Below, in pieces: positions 39,710-52,706 of a stretch of 64,000 nucleotides of DNA. Positions within the stretch are counted from its first letter, which is position 1, and every line of letters begins with the position of its first letter. The position numbers and the translations under genes are program-made. Origin of the DNA: Octopus bimaculoides. Taxonomy: Eukaryota. The stretch lies in contig NC_068985.1 in assembly GCF_001194135.2 (NCBI RefSeq), positions 90,875,478 through 90,939,477 of the forward strand. Direction: 5' to 3'. Under the pieces are notes generated by a model that was given only the letters and a program-made list of their open reading frames with translations, had not been told where the DNA came from and ran no database searches.

Positions 39710-40617
39710 ATCTGCAGTGTGTGCGTGACATATACACATATGTGTAACGTATTTCTAACACTGTTAAAAAGAACGTAACACAATTTTACTTCAATGACGC
39801 AATGAAATGTGTTGCGAAGTCCGACATTCATACAGTCAAGTACACATTTTCAAGAGAAACCAATGAAAATTGCTCCGATTTCTGTCAACTTGGTTTAGCT
39901 ATATATACGTACATGCATACATACATATATGTGTATATATATATANNNNNNNNNNNNNNNNNNNNNNNNNNNNNNNNNNNNNNNNNNNNNNNNNNNNNNN
40001 NNNNNNNNNNNNNNNNNNNNNNNNNNNNNNNNNNNNNNNNNNNNNNNNNNNNNNNNNNNNNNNNNNNNNNNNNNNNNNNNNNNNNNNNNNNNNNNNNNNN
40101 NNNNNNNNNNNNNNNNNNNNNNNNNNNNNNNNNNNNNNNNNNNNNNNNNNNNNNNNNNNNNNNNNNNNNNNNNNNNNNNNNNNNNNNNNNNNNNNNNNNN
40201 NNNNNNNNNNNNNNNNNNNNNNNNNNNNNNNNNNNNNNNNNNNNNNNNNNNNNNNNNNNNNNNNNNNNNNNNNNNNNNNNNNNNNNNNNNNNNNNNNNNN
40301 NNNNNNNNNNNNNNNNNNNNNNNNNNNNNNNNNNNNNNNNNNNNNNNNNNNNNNNNNNNNNNNNNNNNNNNNNNNNNNNNNNNNNNNNNNNNNNNNNNNN
40401 NNNNNNNNNNNNNNNNNNNNNNNNNNNNATTTATTCAGAGTAAGTAATATTTGCACTGTTATAGAAAATTTTGTGACATGGTAGATTTATTCTTGGCTGA
40501 TGTTATCACATATAGTTTTAATATGTCGCGTCGGTCATGTTTTGGTTTGTTCGTTTAGTTTTGATAAATTCCGATCAACTGAAATCCATAACTAAAAAGA
40601 AAATGTTTTCCAACACC

Positions 40618-41190
40618 GGGCGCAGGCATTGCATGTATGGTTAATGCATTCAGTTTGCAAAAAACGTAGTGTCCAGTTCAGTCCGTCAGCGCAGCACTAT
40701 GAATTGGTGTCTCCTATTTATTGTTATGTAGGTGACTATATATACAAACACACACATGCATAGAAAAAAAGAGAGGAAACACAAGACCCTATACACACAC
40801 TCACATATACACACACCACACAAACAAAGACACGCGCATACACACAAACACACAAACATGAATTTACAGAATACATACATACAAACGCACGCACACGCAT
40901 ATATATGCATTGGGGGGGAAAAATGGGTCATTCGTGCCCTTCATTCTTCAGTCAATGCAATGTCAACTAATTCCTTAAATGGAAATTCCGTGGAATCCTG
41001 TCGTATGTGTGTGTGTGTGTGTGTGCATATGTGTATTTCAGTGTCGCCTTGTTTCGTAAACCCACCGCTTGTCAAGTCTACTGGTTTGTTATACCCTTGT
41101 AAATAGCGGTTTGATAGAAGAGAACTAACAGACAATTGTAGGGTGATGTATGGCCGCAGTCGAATCACTGAAACAAGTATAAACAAACGA
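40618..41190 (+). mobile_element. SINE family C, highly degenerate, with a (CA)-rich insertion
   Basis: Head GGCGCAGGCATTGCATGTATGGTTAA..GTCCAGTTCAGTCC; core end GGAAATTCCGTGGAATCCTGTCGTATGTGTG; tail ATGGCCGCAGTCGAATCACTGAAACAAGTA. Confidence 0.55.
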
Positions 41191-41566
41191 TAAAAGATTA
41201 GTATAGTACACGAATGGAGAAATTGAATCTATTGAATGCGAAGGAAATTGGATATTTCTGGGAAGGCAACACGTTTGCATATGACATACTAGAAGACAGA
41301 AATGAGTTGCCAATGGTGACCATTTACAAATTGGAAGATACAGCAGCATTTTAACAACCTACAAACACAAAAATTAGAATGTGAAAATTTAAGAATAACC
41401 ACATATGGTTAAGGGAAGACGAGGAATTACTAAAATATACCCCAGTAATGAAAATGTAGCTAGAAATGATTAATGATTCCATGCAATAAGCAAATATTGA
41501 AACACACGGACATACAGATAGTTGTGATTATATATACACTGATATATAGATTACGAACACATATGT

Positions 41567-41653
<87 letters not shown>

Positions 41654-43369
41654 NNNNNNNNNNNNNNNNNNNNNNNNNNNNNNNNNNNNNNNNNNNNNNN
41701 NNNNNNNNNNNNNNNNNNNNNNNNNNNNNNNNNNNNNNNNNNNNNNNNNNNNNNNNNNNNNNNNNNNNNNNNNNNNNNNNNNNNNNNNNNNNNNNNNNNN
41801 NNNNNNNNNNNNNNNNNNNNNNNNNNNNNNNNNNNNNNNNNNNNNNNNNNNNNNNNNNNNNNNNNNNNNNNNNNNNNNNNNNNNNNNNNNNNNNNNNNNN
41901 NNNNNNNNNNNNNNNNNNNNNNNNNNNNNNNNNNNNNNNNNNNNNNNNNNNNNNNNNNNNNNNNNNNNNNNNNNNNNNNNNNNNNNNNNNNNNNNNNNNN
42001 NNNNNNNNNNNNNNNNNNNNNNNNNNNNNNNNNNNNNNNNNNNNNNNNNNNNNNNNNNNNNNNNNNNNNNNNNNNNNNNNNNNNNNNNNNNNNNNNNNNN
42101 NNNNNNNNNNNNNNNNNNNNNNNNNNNNNNNNNNNNNNNNNNNNNNNNNNNNNNNNNNNNNNNNNNNNNNNNNNNNNNNNNNNNNNNNNNNNNNNNNNNN
42201 NNNNNNNNNNNNNNNNNNNNNNNNNNNNNNNNNNNNNNNNNNNTATATATATATATATATATATATATATGCATGGGTTTCTGCATATGTTTGTATATGT
42301 TCTTGTGCGTGTGTCTATATGCATATGCCTACCCGTGCACACCACCATATTCATATGTATAATAAATCGATATATGTGGAGCAAGTTACAAACATTATCA
42401 TAAAATATGTTCTTTATAAAAATGCATAAAATGTTCGTATGATTACTTGGTACTTCTTTATTTACACTTCGTGAGAATATACTTATAACATATACTAAGA
42501 TATGATAAAATGTGTTGATAGCCATAGCTTAACAGTTCTGCAAATAGCTTTCATTTAGTACTCCAATGCAGTTTTCTATGACAACTAAATATTGATTCCT
42601 GCAAAGTGAAAACATATCTATAGAATATATGCATCTGCATCGACACACCATTACTTTCGAGAGGTGAATAGGATATGCAATGACTGCACAGAATCAAAAC
42701 GTGCATCTTTCTCGAGTTATGCAATGCATCAAACCACGCTCTAGAGCGCCGATAATGTGCTAATTTCAATAAAATATATGAACACCGAATAAGTTTCATT
42801 CCATTACGTTTAAAACGATTGCATTTGCTCGCAACCCAAGGAGTCTTTAACGGTATCTTATTCATGTAAAGTTGAGAATATCTGCCATGTTTGCCGCTCT
42901 TTTTTATAAACACCGATTACCAATTGCAGGATTCAGAATCCCATCTTCACTTTAAAATAAATTTTTATTCCTTCGAATATAGCATCTTATGATCTTTCAT
43001 TTAACATGTTATTGTTGTTGTAGGAGTTATATACTCGCAGTACTTTTATTTCCCAATTTCCCATATTTATTCGATTTTTTTCATTATTATTCGAACATGT
43101 TAATATCAAATCATCGTAAATGTTTCATCAAGTTAAAACGAAATCTTAACTAAGTTCATCTTCTAAGATATATTGATATAGCTATATTTCCTTTAAATTT
43201 TGAACGCTATGAAACTTATTATGCTTTGTTTCACTTGAGAAAAATCATGGATGTGATGTTTGTTTCTTGATTTCTCACACATTATCGAATGATGAAACTA
43301 ACCACACTATCAGTAGTGTTAACTTAAGTCTTTCAGCGCTTTTGTACTTTAAATTTTAAGGCAACTCCT

Positions 43370-44400
43370 ACCATGTTGCCTAGCTAGGATTGATAAATCG
43401 GCAGCTTGGGTTACTTCGAGTAAGCCAAACATCAGTAGCACAAATCTTCAGATGCACACCCACCTCGAACAACATATGCCGCTATTGAATAATCAGCACG
43501 ATGGTCTCCCTTGTACTAGATTTTGTAGCTCACAACATGGAGTGGATTTTGCGTAGATAATGTTGTGAACCCGATTGAGTCCCTATCTCCGTCTACGAAG
43601 ATTTGATATCTACTGAGTGCTTCCATTTTAACAATATTGCTTACTACTGCCTGTAACTTACGTTATTTTGTTCTTTCTTACCCGGTGCTTGCAAAGAAAC
43701 TCAGCATCAAAAATCTCCCGCTCTCCCCAAACCCACACACGTTTTGGCTACGAAAGTAGATGCTTAGAGTCAACACCTACCAACTCTCTGCTATAAACCC
43801 ATTACACATCTCAGAAACCTTTGCACGTCTGAACTACCATGATTGCAGCAAATCACCATCAATGCAGAATCACCAGTAATTTCTTCTTCATGCTGCTGGT
43901 AGCTTCAAAGTAGTCGTCGATATACAAATTTGTTTATGTTGCTCATGTTGCTAGTCAATCCAGGAGACATCAACAGCCCATATCAAAAGCGAGCCATATT
44001 ACACGTGGCAAAATACCACGACAGTGGTTATTGATAATCGACCTTATCTGGCTTCTGTGTCATACCAAGGTTCTAACTCATTGATGCTCACTCAGATGAG
44101 TCAAGTACACGTCTCAGACTTTACTATTGCATTTTTCTCATGAATTTTATAGTCGCTTTGCCTCTTACGAAAGAAAACACACGGACAGATACATCAAGTT
44201 TTCTTCCGCACCATATGCATGAAGTTTACTGCCTCATTATTTCAGCTGAAAGCATTAATTATCCAAAGTATTTAGAAACACATTGCAAATAATAACATTT
44301 AAGCATTTAGTTTGTTCATGAAACCCTAGCGACAACGGCAGAACATCGGACATGAAAGCAATGTTTTGCTGCACCTTTGTAGTAAAACTGAAATGGAATA
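43370..44400 (+). mobile_element. Possible heavily deleted Ty3/Gypsy pol relic
   Basis: Scattered motifs in Gypsy order (RNase H then integrase): VDA*S (43756), TLCYKPI (~TDHKPL, 43795), NPG..YYTWQN (~HPG..YVYWP, 43957-44014), IDAHS (44080), SSAPY (~SAPYHP, 44202). There are many frameshifts and the spacing is compressed. Confidence 0.35.
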
Positions 44401-46332
44401 GCACCAAAATTATCCACCATTTATAACAATATCTGAAGCTTTTGCTACATTCATGCTGTAAAACAAACTGAGAATCACAAACTACACCGGTTGTAACAGT
44501 TCATGGTACNNNNNNNNNNNNNNNNNNNNNNNNNNNNNNNNNNNNNNNNNNNNNNNNNNNNNNNNNNNNNNNNNNNNNNNNNNNNNNNNNNNNNNNNNNN
44601 NNNNNNNNNATGCAACGTCACATCCACCAGCTTTTTTTGTTATGGTATCGATAGTGTTCTACAATACCAAAACAGAAACTTGAAATCTCCAATAGTTTTC
44701 TGGTTTTCATTGATCAATTGAATGGCTACACCTAAAAGCTTTATTGGATATAATTGTACAGAAAGTATCCTACCAAAAATGTTAAAGTATATCTTCCCTT
44801 CGAATCTGTGAAATGATATGGTTCTAAAGATGCCTATATTATTTCTCTCGTTCTTACTAAGATTGTACATCTCTTCTGTGCACGATAAAACGCGAATCCT
44901 AAATATTGATCCCATTTAAAATTGCGCTAGGCAGAAATACATAACTTCTAACATGAAGATGGGAATATATTTATGCAACCTTTCGTAGGATTGCTGGTTT
45001 AACAACGTGTTATTAGTACCCCTGTTTGCAGAAAAAAAAGTGCAACTGGTTATACAAAACTTAGATTCATACTGAGTTTCCATTTTACATTCTTTTCTGG
45101 GACAGATTTTAGCTGTGCTACGCATTATGAATGTGTATACATGGTTAGGAGATTTGTCGCCTTAAGAAGTCTATTCATATAAATTATTGAGTCGGTTGCA
45201 TTTACAGCTGTGTAGAAGAATTGGTGTATATCTGTGCTTGTATTGGAAGGTTTAATATTCTAAATGATTTAGGTAGCTTATTTGCAATTCTACTCTATTT
45301 AAGCTGATCCTATTAAATGTTACTCTTAATCATAGCTAACTATATAATCCTATGACGACTGTTACTTTTCCAATGGATGCTGAAAACATAAATATCCATG
45401 TACTCTATTTGTATTTAATGTCATATCGACATGCTTTATTCTTTTTGCGAGAAACATCGAAAAGTAACAAATATATATTTCGGTTCCATAACTATCGTAA
45501 TATCGTGTTCAGCTTTACAGATGTAAAGCTTACAGAAGCCTAAAGTTTGCATAAACATATTACCTAAAATCGGCCAACAATTCCTCGTTGTGGTGAAACC
45601 TCTTAAATTGCCACAAAATAATATTTGCTATTTAATACATATCGTGCTTGTTCTATTAGTAACGCTCAACACAATTTGTAATAATTTTTTTTCTTTGCCA
45701 GCGAATTCCTTATTCAGGAATCTTGTAGGAATAGTGAAAAACAGTATGCCTTAATTTATCTTTAGATATATGAAAATGTACTGCGATTTATTCATCGAAA
45801 ATCAAATGAAATACAGATAATATTAATACTATATTAGTTTTGAAAATGTGGTTTAGCAATGAATAATTGCTATTTAATATTACTTGTTGCATATACACAC
45901 GTCAATCACACCATAATTGGTTGAGCGAAAAGTAAATAATAAAATGATAGGAAGACAAAAAAAATTATTTTCACATCTGCAATGATTCGTTACAATTGTT
46001 TCTGTACCAGCTCCAAATGCAACGTCAATTTAGGCAATAATCGGTAGAGAAAATTTATGTAATTTGTACGGTTTTACACAGCAGGGAGTCATTTCATCAG
46101 GCTTGCATCAAAGGTGTGCTGTTACATTGTACGTCATACAGATCTTGCTGTTGGGTTTATATCTGGAAGAAGCATAAACAATGAATGTAAGTGTGGTTAT
46201 AGGATGAGTAAGTAGAGTAGAGATTATGTGTGGGGGGATAAAGAAGAAGAAAAAGAAAGAGGCTGAAGAAAAGATCAAGAACAGCAACAACATCAATGAG
46301 AATAGGAAGAAGAAGAAGAAGAAGAAGAAGAA

Positions 46333-46600
46333 GAGATGGGGAACTATGTACATTATTTACATTATCTACATTATTTACATTTGACGGATATTTGCCCTCA
46401 TCTTGTTTGTTATTAACACAACGTTTCGGCTGATATACCCTCCAAGCTTCATCGGGTGTCATGGGAAAATTTCGAACCTGGGTTCTCATTCCTGAGGTAT
46501 TTTTCGATATTATTATTATTATTATTATTATTCTGGTTATTGCCTGGATTCGAACTCGGAATCTTGGGGTTAGTAGTCCGCGCTCTTAATGATTACGCCA
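46333..46600 (-). mobile_element. Family H1: tRNA-headed SINE carrying a minimal hammerhead motif
   Basis: Reverse complement: TGGCGTAATCATTAAGAGCGCGGACTACTAACCCCAAGATTCCGAGTTCGAATCCAGGC (A/B boxes), (AAT)n, body AAAAATACCTCAGGAATGAGAACCCAGGTTCGAAA, hammerhead, (AATGTA.AT)x4 tail, then (CTT)n. Homologous to 61801-62000. Confidence 0.85.
46415..46460 (-). ncRNA. Minimal type-I hammerhead ribozyme motif (U4C and weakened stem II in this copy)
   Basis: GACAC-CCGAUGA-A-GCUUG(GAGGGUAUAU)CAGCC-GAAAC-GUU-GUGUU; stem I GACAC/GUGUU is intact. Confidence 0.5.
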
Positions 46601-46690
46601 AAAATACCTTACGAATGATAACCCAGGACAAATATCCGGCAAATATAAAAAATGTAAATAATGTAAATAATGTACATAATTTCTCATTTC
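46601..46690 (+). mobile_element. Inverted, internally deleted H1 body (ribozyme segment missing)
   Basis: AAAATACCTTACGAATGATAACCCAGG joined directly to ACAAATATCCGGCAAAT..AATGTAAATAATGTAAATAATGTACATAATT. Confidence 0.8.
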
Positions 46691-46800
46691 TTCTTCTTCT
46701 TCTTCTTCTTCTTCTTCTTCTTCTTCTTCTTCTTCTTCTTCTTCTTCTTCTTCTTCTTCTTCTTCTTCTTTTTCTTCTTCTTCTTCTTCTTCTTCTTCTG
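46689..46800. repeat. (CTT)n microsatellite at the H1 tail
   Basis: Direct inspection. Confidence 0.97.
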
Positions 46801-47122
46801 CTTCTCCTTCTTCTCTTTCTTCTTCTTCTCCTTCTTCTCATTCTTGTAGCTGTTGTACTTTTCTTTTTCGTCTTCATCCATTCAATCTTCAACCCAGATA
46901 AGCAGTCACCGTCCGAACGCTTACTGTAGCCCCTCCTGTAGGCCACAGCCTTGAAGCCTCCATTTCTACAGTTTATACTTCGTCATTTACCCACATATCA
47001 TTGATCAGCAGTTATGATGTCAACATTTTGGCAGCCGGTGCGAAACATCATCATACAGGTAACTCTTTTCCATTATTCAGATGGCTTCCAGTCCTACATT
47101 TCTACTAACTTATTTTCAACTA

Positions 47123-47178
47123 CAACGGCATTGGAGAGCATAAATATTAAAGAATATGTTTGCTCTCCAATGCCGTTG
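47123..47178. repeat. 56-nt hairpin with a perfect 18-bp stem
   Basis: CAACGGCATTGGAGAGCA-TAAATATT-AAAG-AATATGTT-TGCTCTCCAATGCCGTTG. Confidence 0.93.
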
Positions 47179-47404
47179 ACTGTTTGCATATACATGAAGC
47201 TCTTACTGAAAAAAAAGGAAGCATGATAAACATCAAATTCAGTTCAAACACACCCTAATCATATACTGATCATTCTCCGTAACAACTGAAAACCCAAACC
47301 CCATGATAGCATCACTCTGGCATAAGATGGCGTAATACAACTCTTATATCAATTTCCTTTTCTTATGCATAAAAACAATTATATCAACACATGAAAAATA
47401 CGAA

Positions 47405-47421
47405 TGCTGCTGCTGCTGGTG

Positions 47422-47476
<55 letters not shown>

Positions 47477-47553
47477 CACACCAACAACTACTACTATTAT
47501 AACTAACAATAATAATAATGATAATAATAGTGATGATAATAATAATGATGATG

Positions 47554-47624
<71 letters not shown>
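47405..47624. repeat. Compound (GCT)n/(ACT)n/(AAT)n microsatellite
   Basis: Direct inspection. Confidence 0.96.
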
Positions 47625-47626
<2 letters not shown>

Positions 47627-48002
47627 ACTACTTGACAATATAGAACTAGATTTATGATTAACCAATTATTTCTACTAGTCTTATTTTCATCTTAACATTG
47701 ATATTTCTCATAGACTCCAAGTGTAACAAAAAAATCGTTAATTATGCGAGAAAATATATTTCAATTTGATTTTCGTTAACTATATAAGAATTGCATCCTT
47801 CTGAAAGCAATTTTGATATACAAAAGAAGCTGGATCGTTTTCTAAATCATTAATATAAAGGAATGAAACATTTTGACAATTCTCAAGATGAAAAAATAGG
47901 CGATTTTTTTTTCGTAATATGAAATTTAGAAAGGACAAATAACTTAGTCCAATTTAAAATAGCGGATGGCAATGACAGAAATTAGATGATGTAGCACTCG
48001 GA

Positions 48003-48246
48003 CATACATACATACATACATACATACATACATACATACATACATACATACATACGTACATGCATGCATGCATACATACATACATACATACATACATACG
48101 TACATGCATGCATGCATGCATACATACATACATACATACATAAATACACATACATGCATACATACATACATACATGCATACATACATACATGCATACATA
48201 CATATTTACGTACATACACACCACATACATATATACATACTTATGC

Positions 48247-48316
<70 letters not shown>
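48003..48316. repeat. (TACA)n/(TGCA)n then (TA)n microsatellite
   Basis: Direct inspection. Confidence 0.96.
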
Positions 48317-48321
<5 letters not shown>

Positions 48322-49537
48322 CACATACTTATACATTTATACACATACATGTGGAGCAGTATATGTGTTTAAGCATTTCAGTTGACACATATATATTCGT
48401 ACACTAGTGCGCCTCCAAATTTGTATGAACGTATGATTTGGCTTATACACTTTTGAATGCGTAGAGATATTTCGATACTGAAAACTCGTTATAATGCATT
48501 CCATCAAAGATTCATTAAAGAAAAATTTTCAAAACTCATTGAAAGGATGTCTTATCTTTTGCTTTATCTCCTTTTGCGTATATTTCGCAATGCATAGAGT
48601 TCGCTTTCCAAATCTTCAACATTTTACTTTACACTTTATTTTACCTTTTGAATATAATTATCACGTTCACGTCTCTACATTCCTGGAAAGTTGCTACTGA
48701 ATATGATAAATATAATGAATAGACCTCTTATAATGAATATAACTACACTAGCAACCAGACTCCAATCGCAGGAAAGAATGATCTTGCACCATGTAACTAA
48801 TTTTCTCTTTGTGACTTAGGCTACTTGCGTTTGCGAGCATATATGAATACCCAGTTCTGAAACCCTGTAGAGCCTCAAAGTTGTATTAGCTGAAATGAGT
48901 GAGAGTTTTGCGAGCACAAGGCTACTATTTATTGCAGCTGACGGTGTTGGTGAAACGTCAAATAATACCTGCACAACGGGCGCCACGCATTTCCTGTTTC
49001 AGTAATTGAATCCACGATACTAAGATAATGTGCACAACAATTCTGCTTGGATCCACACGTTTTTTATATATAATAATTTAAGTTAAACAATGCATATCTA
49101 GACCTGTCAATCCCTTCTGCACCGCATAAGTCACACGTGCGCGCACCCGAATTCGTTACTGAGCATGGACATATTGATTTTACGGGGAACTTAAATATAA
49201 ACACTTCACTCTTTATATTTAAAATATAGCAGCTTGGACACAGACATGTGATACACTGCCGTCCGTTGGAAGAGAAGAAGGATCATTAATATTCCCATAG
49301 CTTCTACCAAAATTACAAGTTCTTTGAAACTGCAAAAATTTTGATCATAACGCTATTGGTTAATTACACTAATGGCCCATAAATCATCAACTACAACATC
49401 AAAAACATCCTAGATTTTAGTTTTTAAAGTGAAATCATATTTCCTAGTTCAAGAGAGAAATAGGTTTTGTTAGGTTTACAAATGTGAAATTCTTAATCTA
49501 AAAGACGTGTTTGGATTAAAGTTTTAATTGGATTGGA

Positions 49538-49730
49538 TATTCTTTTCTACTCTAGGCACAAGGTCCGATATTTTGGAGGAGGGTCCATTCGATTAGGTCA
49601 ATCCCAGTACACAGCTGGCGCTTAATTTATCGACCCCAAAAGGATGAAAAGCAAAGTCGACTTCGGCGGAATTTAAAGTCAGAATGTAAAGACCGACGAA
49701 ATACCATTAAGCATTTCGCCCGGCTTGCAA
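49538..49730 (-). mobile_element. SINE family B, 5'-eroded
   Basis: ATATTCTTTTCTACTCTAGGCACAAGG..CTTAATTTATCGACCCCAAAAGGATGAAAAGCAAAGTCGAC..GCATTTCGCCCGGC. Confidence 0.88.
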
Positions 49731-50209
49731 TCGATAACACCCCACCATACATATCTATGTATGATATTATAAATTTGTCTACACGCAATATAAAACCAAA
49801 ATGAAAAATTCAATTGTCAATAATAGTGACTCGGGGTCCACGTTAACGCCTACATTGCTAGAAATAAGAGTCAATGAACTATATAACCACAATCATACCA
49901 GTCAATCGCCACACGACGAGTGACATATCTTTGCTGGCAAGCATATTTCGCTTGAAATTAAAGCTCACCGGCAGTACTACACTATCGTTGATAGGTAAAT
50001 CAAATCCTACATGTTAGTATATAGATTTTAAAATGAGAATCAAAGGCTGATTTAACAAAATGGTAATATGAAAATTATAAAATACTAAAAGCGAGCAGAC
50101 ACAATATAAAATCAAAAACAAAACATGCAATTGTAACTAAAAATGATTGGCGGTGCATGCTTAGAAATAAGAGTCAAAAACTCCTGTATTGACAAACATC
50201 ACCATTCTC

Positions 50210-50365
50210 CGTACGACGGGCTTCTTTCAGTTTCCGTATAGCACATCCATTCACAATCTTCAGTCAGCCCGCTGCAATAGTAGAAGTCACTTACCCAAGG
50301 TGAGGCGTACAGGGACTGAATACTGAATCATCTGGTTGAGAAGCAACAATCTTGCCACATATTCC
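50210..50365 (-). mobile_element. SINE family C, 5' half
   Basis: TACGACGGGCTTCTTTCAGTTTCCGT..AATAGTAGAAGTCACTTACCCAAGGTG..GGGACTGAA is the reverse complement of the family C core and head. Confidence 0.75.
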
Positions 50366-52104
50366 CATACACAGCTCTTTATACTTGAGTAAATGTTATA
50401 TATGATGAAGAAGAATTCGATCTACAGTCACGAGGATATACAAGTCATATCTTGTGAACTAAGCTTATGCGTTAGAACGCTGTAACCTTCATTACAAGAT
50501 TATTCGTATTCATGGCGTGTGACAGAGCACAGTTCTCATCCTTTTCACTCAGAGATTAAAGCAAATGCTAAATTCAATATACATTTACTGTTAAATATTA
50601 CGAATTTAATGTTTAATAAACGTTTTGTTTTATTTTCTATTAATATCTCACTAACTCTAACTTAAAAATCATATAAATATGAGAACACTTTAATTTGAGA
50701 AATTCGAATATTATCAAGTTCTTCCTGGTTGAACATGCACATATATATATATTATGTAAATAGACATCTGTGGGAACAATGCACAATTTGCACATGATTT
50801 CCATAAGCAAATTCGAAATATGTAAAAATATGTAAAAGTAAAACAAAATACATTTTATGTGAAAGTATATTATTCATTTATGATCAAATTTGTAAAGAGA
50901 AGTAAAATACAAAGTAAATAAATGAAGGAAAATGTGTTCCACGTATTGAAACAGGAAGATATCAGTGAATTGATTCAACGAAGATGCATTGAGTTGCACA
51001 CACATGCAGTGTGTTGCAGCAACTATTGATTCTCATGTTTGATATAGAGAAATATATTTGGCATTCATGTCGTATCCCAACGAGATTAACAATTGCTATT
51101 CCCTCAGAGAACAGAGTATTAGCTATAAAGTGAATGGTTATTAAACAGTAGGTATTTCCTAAAGGATTTCGTTGTTTGATGTAGTTTGCTAAAATATGTT
51201 TCATAGTTAAACATCGTTTACTATTTTCCGTATAGATTTAACTAGAAATGTATAGCAAATACAAGCTCAGGAATGTAACACTGCAGGTTATATTATCGGT
51301 CTAGCAATATCAAATAAAATCATCAACTACACCAATTTGTAATGTATATTGTCCTTCAATATGCGTTAACTTAAAGATTGCATATTTCCCTTCATTGATT
51401 ACAATACAGTCCTATTTCTATAGGGGGAATTTTCAGTGATTTATAAATTTAGGAAGTGTTTATACCTGCAGTACATTTACGTTTCATGTTATAATCCATA
51501 TATACGGTCATGCTTGTCCTTGGAGCTTCAGACGAATGCATGGAAAAAATACAATTATTTATGTAAACATATAATTGTGTGTGTGTGGAGGGAGATATAA
51601 AAACGTATGATAAACACATGAAGCAGTATATCTCATTTGTTTCCTACGTGCGTTTCGTCATTCAGACATATTTGCATTCTCTTCTGTGGGTATTCATAAT
51701 GCAATAGAATGCGAAGTGGCAACATTTCTTCAGGGGAGAACTATATTAATTATGCTTACAAAGATTCAATGGTCTAAATACAGCAGCAGCAGCTCGGACG
51801 TTACACGTGTATACCGATCTTTCTATCTATTTCTCTCATTATTTCTGCATTTACGTACATGCATTCATTCATTCATGCATACATGCATACATGCATACAC
51901 ACATACATACATACATACATACATACATACATACATACATACATACATAGATGCATACATACATACATACATACCTGCATACATAAATGATGTACGTCCA
52001 CTCCAGATAAATGGTAGTCTTTTTTGTGTATGAATACCGAAGACACCTAGGAGATTTTTGACGAAGACACTTGAATTTATATATTAATACTATGTGTACC
52101 CAGG

Positions 52105-52177
52105 AAGGCAGTGAGGTGGTAGAACAGTTAGTAACCTGGACAAAAAGCTAAGCGGAATTTTGCCCGTCTTTACGTTT
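52105..52177 (+). mobile_element. SINE family B head fragment
   Basis: AAGGCAGTGAGGTGGTAGAACAGTTAGTAACCTGGACAAAAAGCTAAGCGGAATTTTGCCCGTCTTTACGTT. Confidence 0.6.
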
Positions 52178-52667
52178 AATGGTTTGATGTTCTGTGGATT
52201 GGTGAAACAAGCATTTGTTGAAAACTGGAATGGACGTAATTGATGATGGAATAACATTTTGAAATCAATACTTTACGTGTTCAGGCTTTATGTCCTTTTT
52301 GCTGTTCTATTCAAACAAAGTGTAGTCCTTCTGTAGTTATTTTAGAGGATATATGCGACATGTGGATATGCTGTAGGCCGTTTTCTTGAGTTTGTTTCTG
52401 TTACTTACGAAGAAGTGTTGCCAATGAAAACGCAGTAAGCATTAAGAAGCAGCTTAACACTAATCACCCAAATATCTCTGCAATTAATCTTTTACTTTGT
52501 GTCATGGTCATATACACACACATATACAGTCACATATACAAGCATACATACAGATACACATGGACAGCGTGTGCCCAATACATAGTATAGAATATCTCTT
52601 TTGTTTTTGAAGCTGAAGCGAATAATTTGTCACGACTCGAGAGGTGTATTAATTAAGTATGAATGTG

Positions 52668-52706
<39 letters not shown>

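Noticed and set aside
44640-45125. Two abutting in-frame minus-strand ORFs (~160 codons, one stop); start KICPRKEC..SKFCITSC looks zinc-ribbon-like
   Set aside because: No further homology or splice support; about one such stretch is expected by chance in this window.
48861-48885. AACCCTGTAGA resembling the miR-10/100 5' end
   Set aside because: The match stops after ~10 nt and there is no complementary arm.
48938-48959. CTGACGG..GAAACGTC hammerhead-like boxes
   Set aside because: A9 is missing and neither stem II nor stem I can form.
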